64,000 nt of DNA from an uncultured Acidobacteriota bacterium (GTDB lineage Bacteria > Acidobacteriota > UBA6911 > RPQK01 > JAPXNP01). Position numbers and translations under genes: made by a program. The DNA is taken from contig CAVZRV010000011.1 of the NCBI GenBank assembly GCA_963777605.1, positions 224,001 to 288,000 on the forward strand, read 5' to 3'. A model generated the notes under the pieces. It ran no database searches and was not told the origin of the DNA. It worked only from the letters and a program-made list of their open reading frames with translations. Position 1 is the stretch's first letter. The number at the start of each line of letters is the position of its first letter. Shown here piece by piece: positions 62,237 through 64,000 of the stretch.

Positions 62237-64000
62237 TCAAGCACCTGCCTCACCTTTTCCGCCAGTGCCTGGGTCGAAAAGGGCTTCTGGATAAACGCAA
62301 GTCCGTCGTCGAGAATTCCTCGTTTCGAGACCCGATCCTGCGTGTACCCGGACATGTAGAGCACCCGGATCTCGGGGGTACTGCCGGAGGACTTCCTGAT
62401 AGATCTCGGTTCCGCTCAGGCCAGGCAACACGACGTCCGTGAGTAGAAGGTCCAAACGCCCCTCGTGGCGAGCGAGAACATCGAGGCACTGCGGTGCCGT
62501 CTTCAGCCTCCAGCACCGAATACCCGCGGCGGCGAGGATCGCGGCCGCGAGTTGCCGAACCTGTTTCTCGTCCTCCACGATCATGATGGTCTCATTGCCG
62601 CCAAGATCGGTCGGCACCGTCGGTCGAGACGGTTCACGCTCCAGGCTCGGGTACATCTGCCACAGGGAAATAGCACTTGAAGGTCGTTCCCTCCCCCAGT
62701 TCTGAATAGACCCAAATGTTGCCGCCGTGCTGTTTCACGATCCCATAAACGGTGGCCAGTCCAAGGCCGGTTCCCCGCCCGATTTCCTTGGTCGTAAAAA
62801 AGGGTTCAAAGATCCTCGAACAGGTCTCGGCGTCCATTCCATGTCCGGTGTCACTGACCGCAAGCAACACATGTCGCCCGGGTGTCACGGCCGTGTGCCT
62901 TCCCGCGTACTCCTCGTCAAGATCGACCGTCGCGGTTTCTATCCAAAGCGTCCCGCCGTCCGGCATGGCATCCTGAGCATTGATCACCAGGTTCATGATC
63001 ACCTGCTCCAGTTGCCCCCGGTCTCCCCGAATCGTCGGCAGGGAGGAAGCAAGGCGGAGTTCAATGCCAATGTCTTCCCGCACCGTGCGTCGGAGCAGGT
63101 TCTCAAACTCGAGGATCATTTTCCCAAGGTCGATCGACCGGAACTCGAGGGTCTGCCGACGACTGAACGCAAGCAACTGGCGCACGAGGTCGCGCGCGCG
63201 AAAAGAAGCCCGGACGATCTCGCCGGCGGAATCCCGCGTGGACGGGGACACCGACGCGTCGCTGGACAGCATCTCTGCGTATCCGATGATCGGGGTGAGC
63301 AGGTTGTTCAAGTCGTGGGCGACTCCCCCGGACAGCCGACCAATCGATTCCATCTTTTGCGCCTGGTTGAGCTGCAACTCGAGATTCCGATGTTCGGTAA
63401 CGTCGCGGAGGATTCCGAGAATCGCTTTGCCGCCCTGGTATTCAAATTCTGTGACCGACGCTTCCACGTGAACCCGCTTCCCAGACCGGGAGAGAATCTC
63501 GAATTCGTAAACGTCGGCCACCTCTTCGCCCTTGGCCCGTTTTTCCTGGCGCTCCTGGACCAGCGGTACGCTTTCCGGCGCCAGGAGGCTCCAGAAACTG
63601 AAGTCTTCGGACCGGGCCTCTTCTGGGGTAACCCCTGTCAGTTCGCAGAAACGCCGATTCACCAGATCAAAACGACTTTCAAAAAGTATGTAAATCGCGT
63701 CGTTCGACTGCTCGATGACGCTTCTGAAACGGCTTTCCGAGACCCGCAGTGCTTCCTCGGCCAACTTGCGTTCGGTAATGTCCCAGGTGGTCCCGATGGC
63801 ACGAACCGGGTTGCGATCCGAGTCACGGATCACCCCTGCAAGGCATCGGAGATGCCGGATGTTGCCGTCCCGTGCCCTCACGATTCGAAATTCCAGGTCG
63901 AAGGGTTGCACGGCGTTCTGCAATGAGGTTCTGAGCTCCTCTTGTACTCGACTCAAGTCTGCCGAGTGAATTCGACCTTCCCAGCGGGCCAGGCCCGTTT
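62237..64000 (-). CDS. PAS hybrid sensor histidine kinase (5' end outside window; frameshifts in receiver region)
   Basis: PAS/PAC, AQKMESIGRLSGGVAHDLNN, NLVINAQDAM, FTTKE..GTGLGL, LLTDVVLPG. Confidence 0.88.

Noticed and set aside
1-64000. CRISPR array, tRNA or rRNA
   Set aside because: No regularly spaced repeats or cloverleaf/rRNA signatures detected by eye

Overview
Bacterial chromosomal window of roughly 60% GC. The gene content and style suggest Acidobacteriota; this is an inference. Many single-base frameshifts point to an unpolished long-read assembly. The window holds metabolic and transport genes (apaH, sugar porter, glycosylasparaginase, glycerate kinase, NRAMP, TonB, GH16, DASS plus tartrate dehydrogenase, two Gfo/Idh/MocA, GGT, P-type ATPase), c-di-GMP and two-component genes, and a decayed efflux/monooxygenase cluster. 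Mobile DNA comprises a REP-associated HUH (RAYT-like) transposase with many REP-like repeats, a complete IS1634 with terminal inverted repeats and a target duplication, an IS91 remnant and a group II intron. Five highlights: (1) two in-frame UGA genes with SECIS-like hairpins, a standard Sec-peroxiredoxin and a candidate outer-membrane beta-barrel selenoprotein (QG-U-VVAR); (2) a group II intron with GC...AG ends and a compensatory C-G gamma-gamma' pair; (3) secreted NxxGxxAF-repeat and S74-chaperone fibre genes with shared sigma54/enhancer-like motifs, one set split by IS1634; (4) an orphan pilin + HAMP/HD-GYP + HAMP-only operon; (5) a dispersed two-hairpin element.
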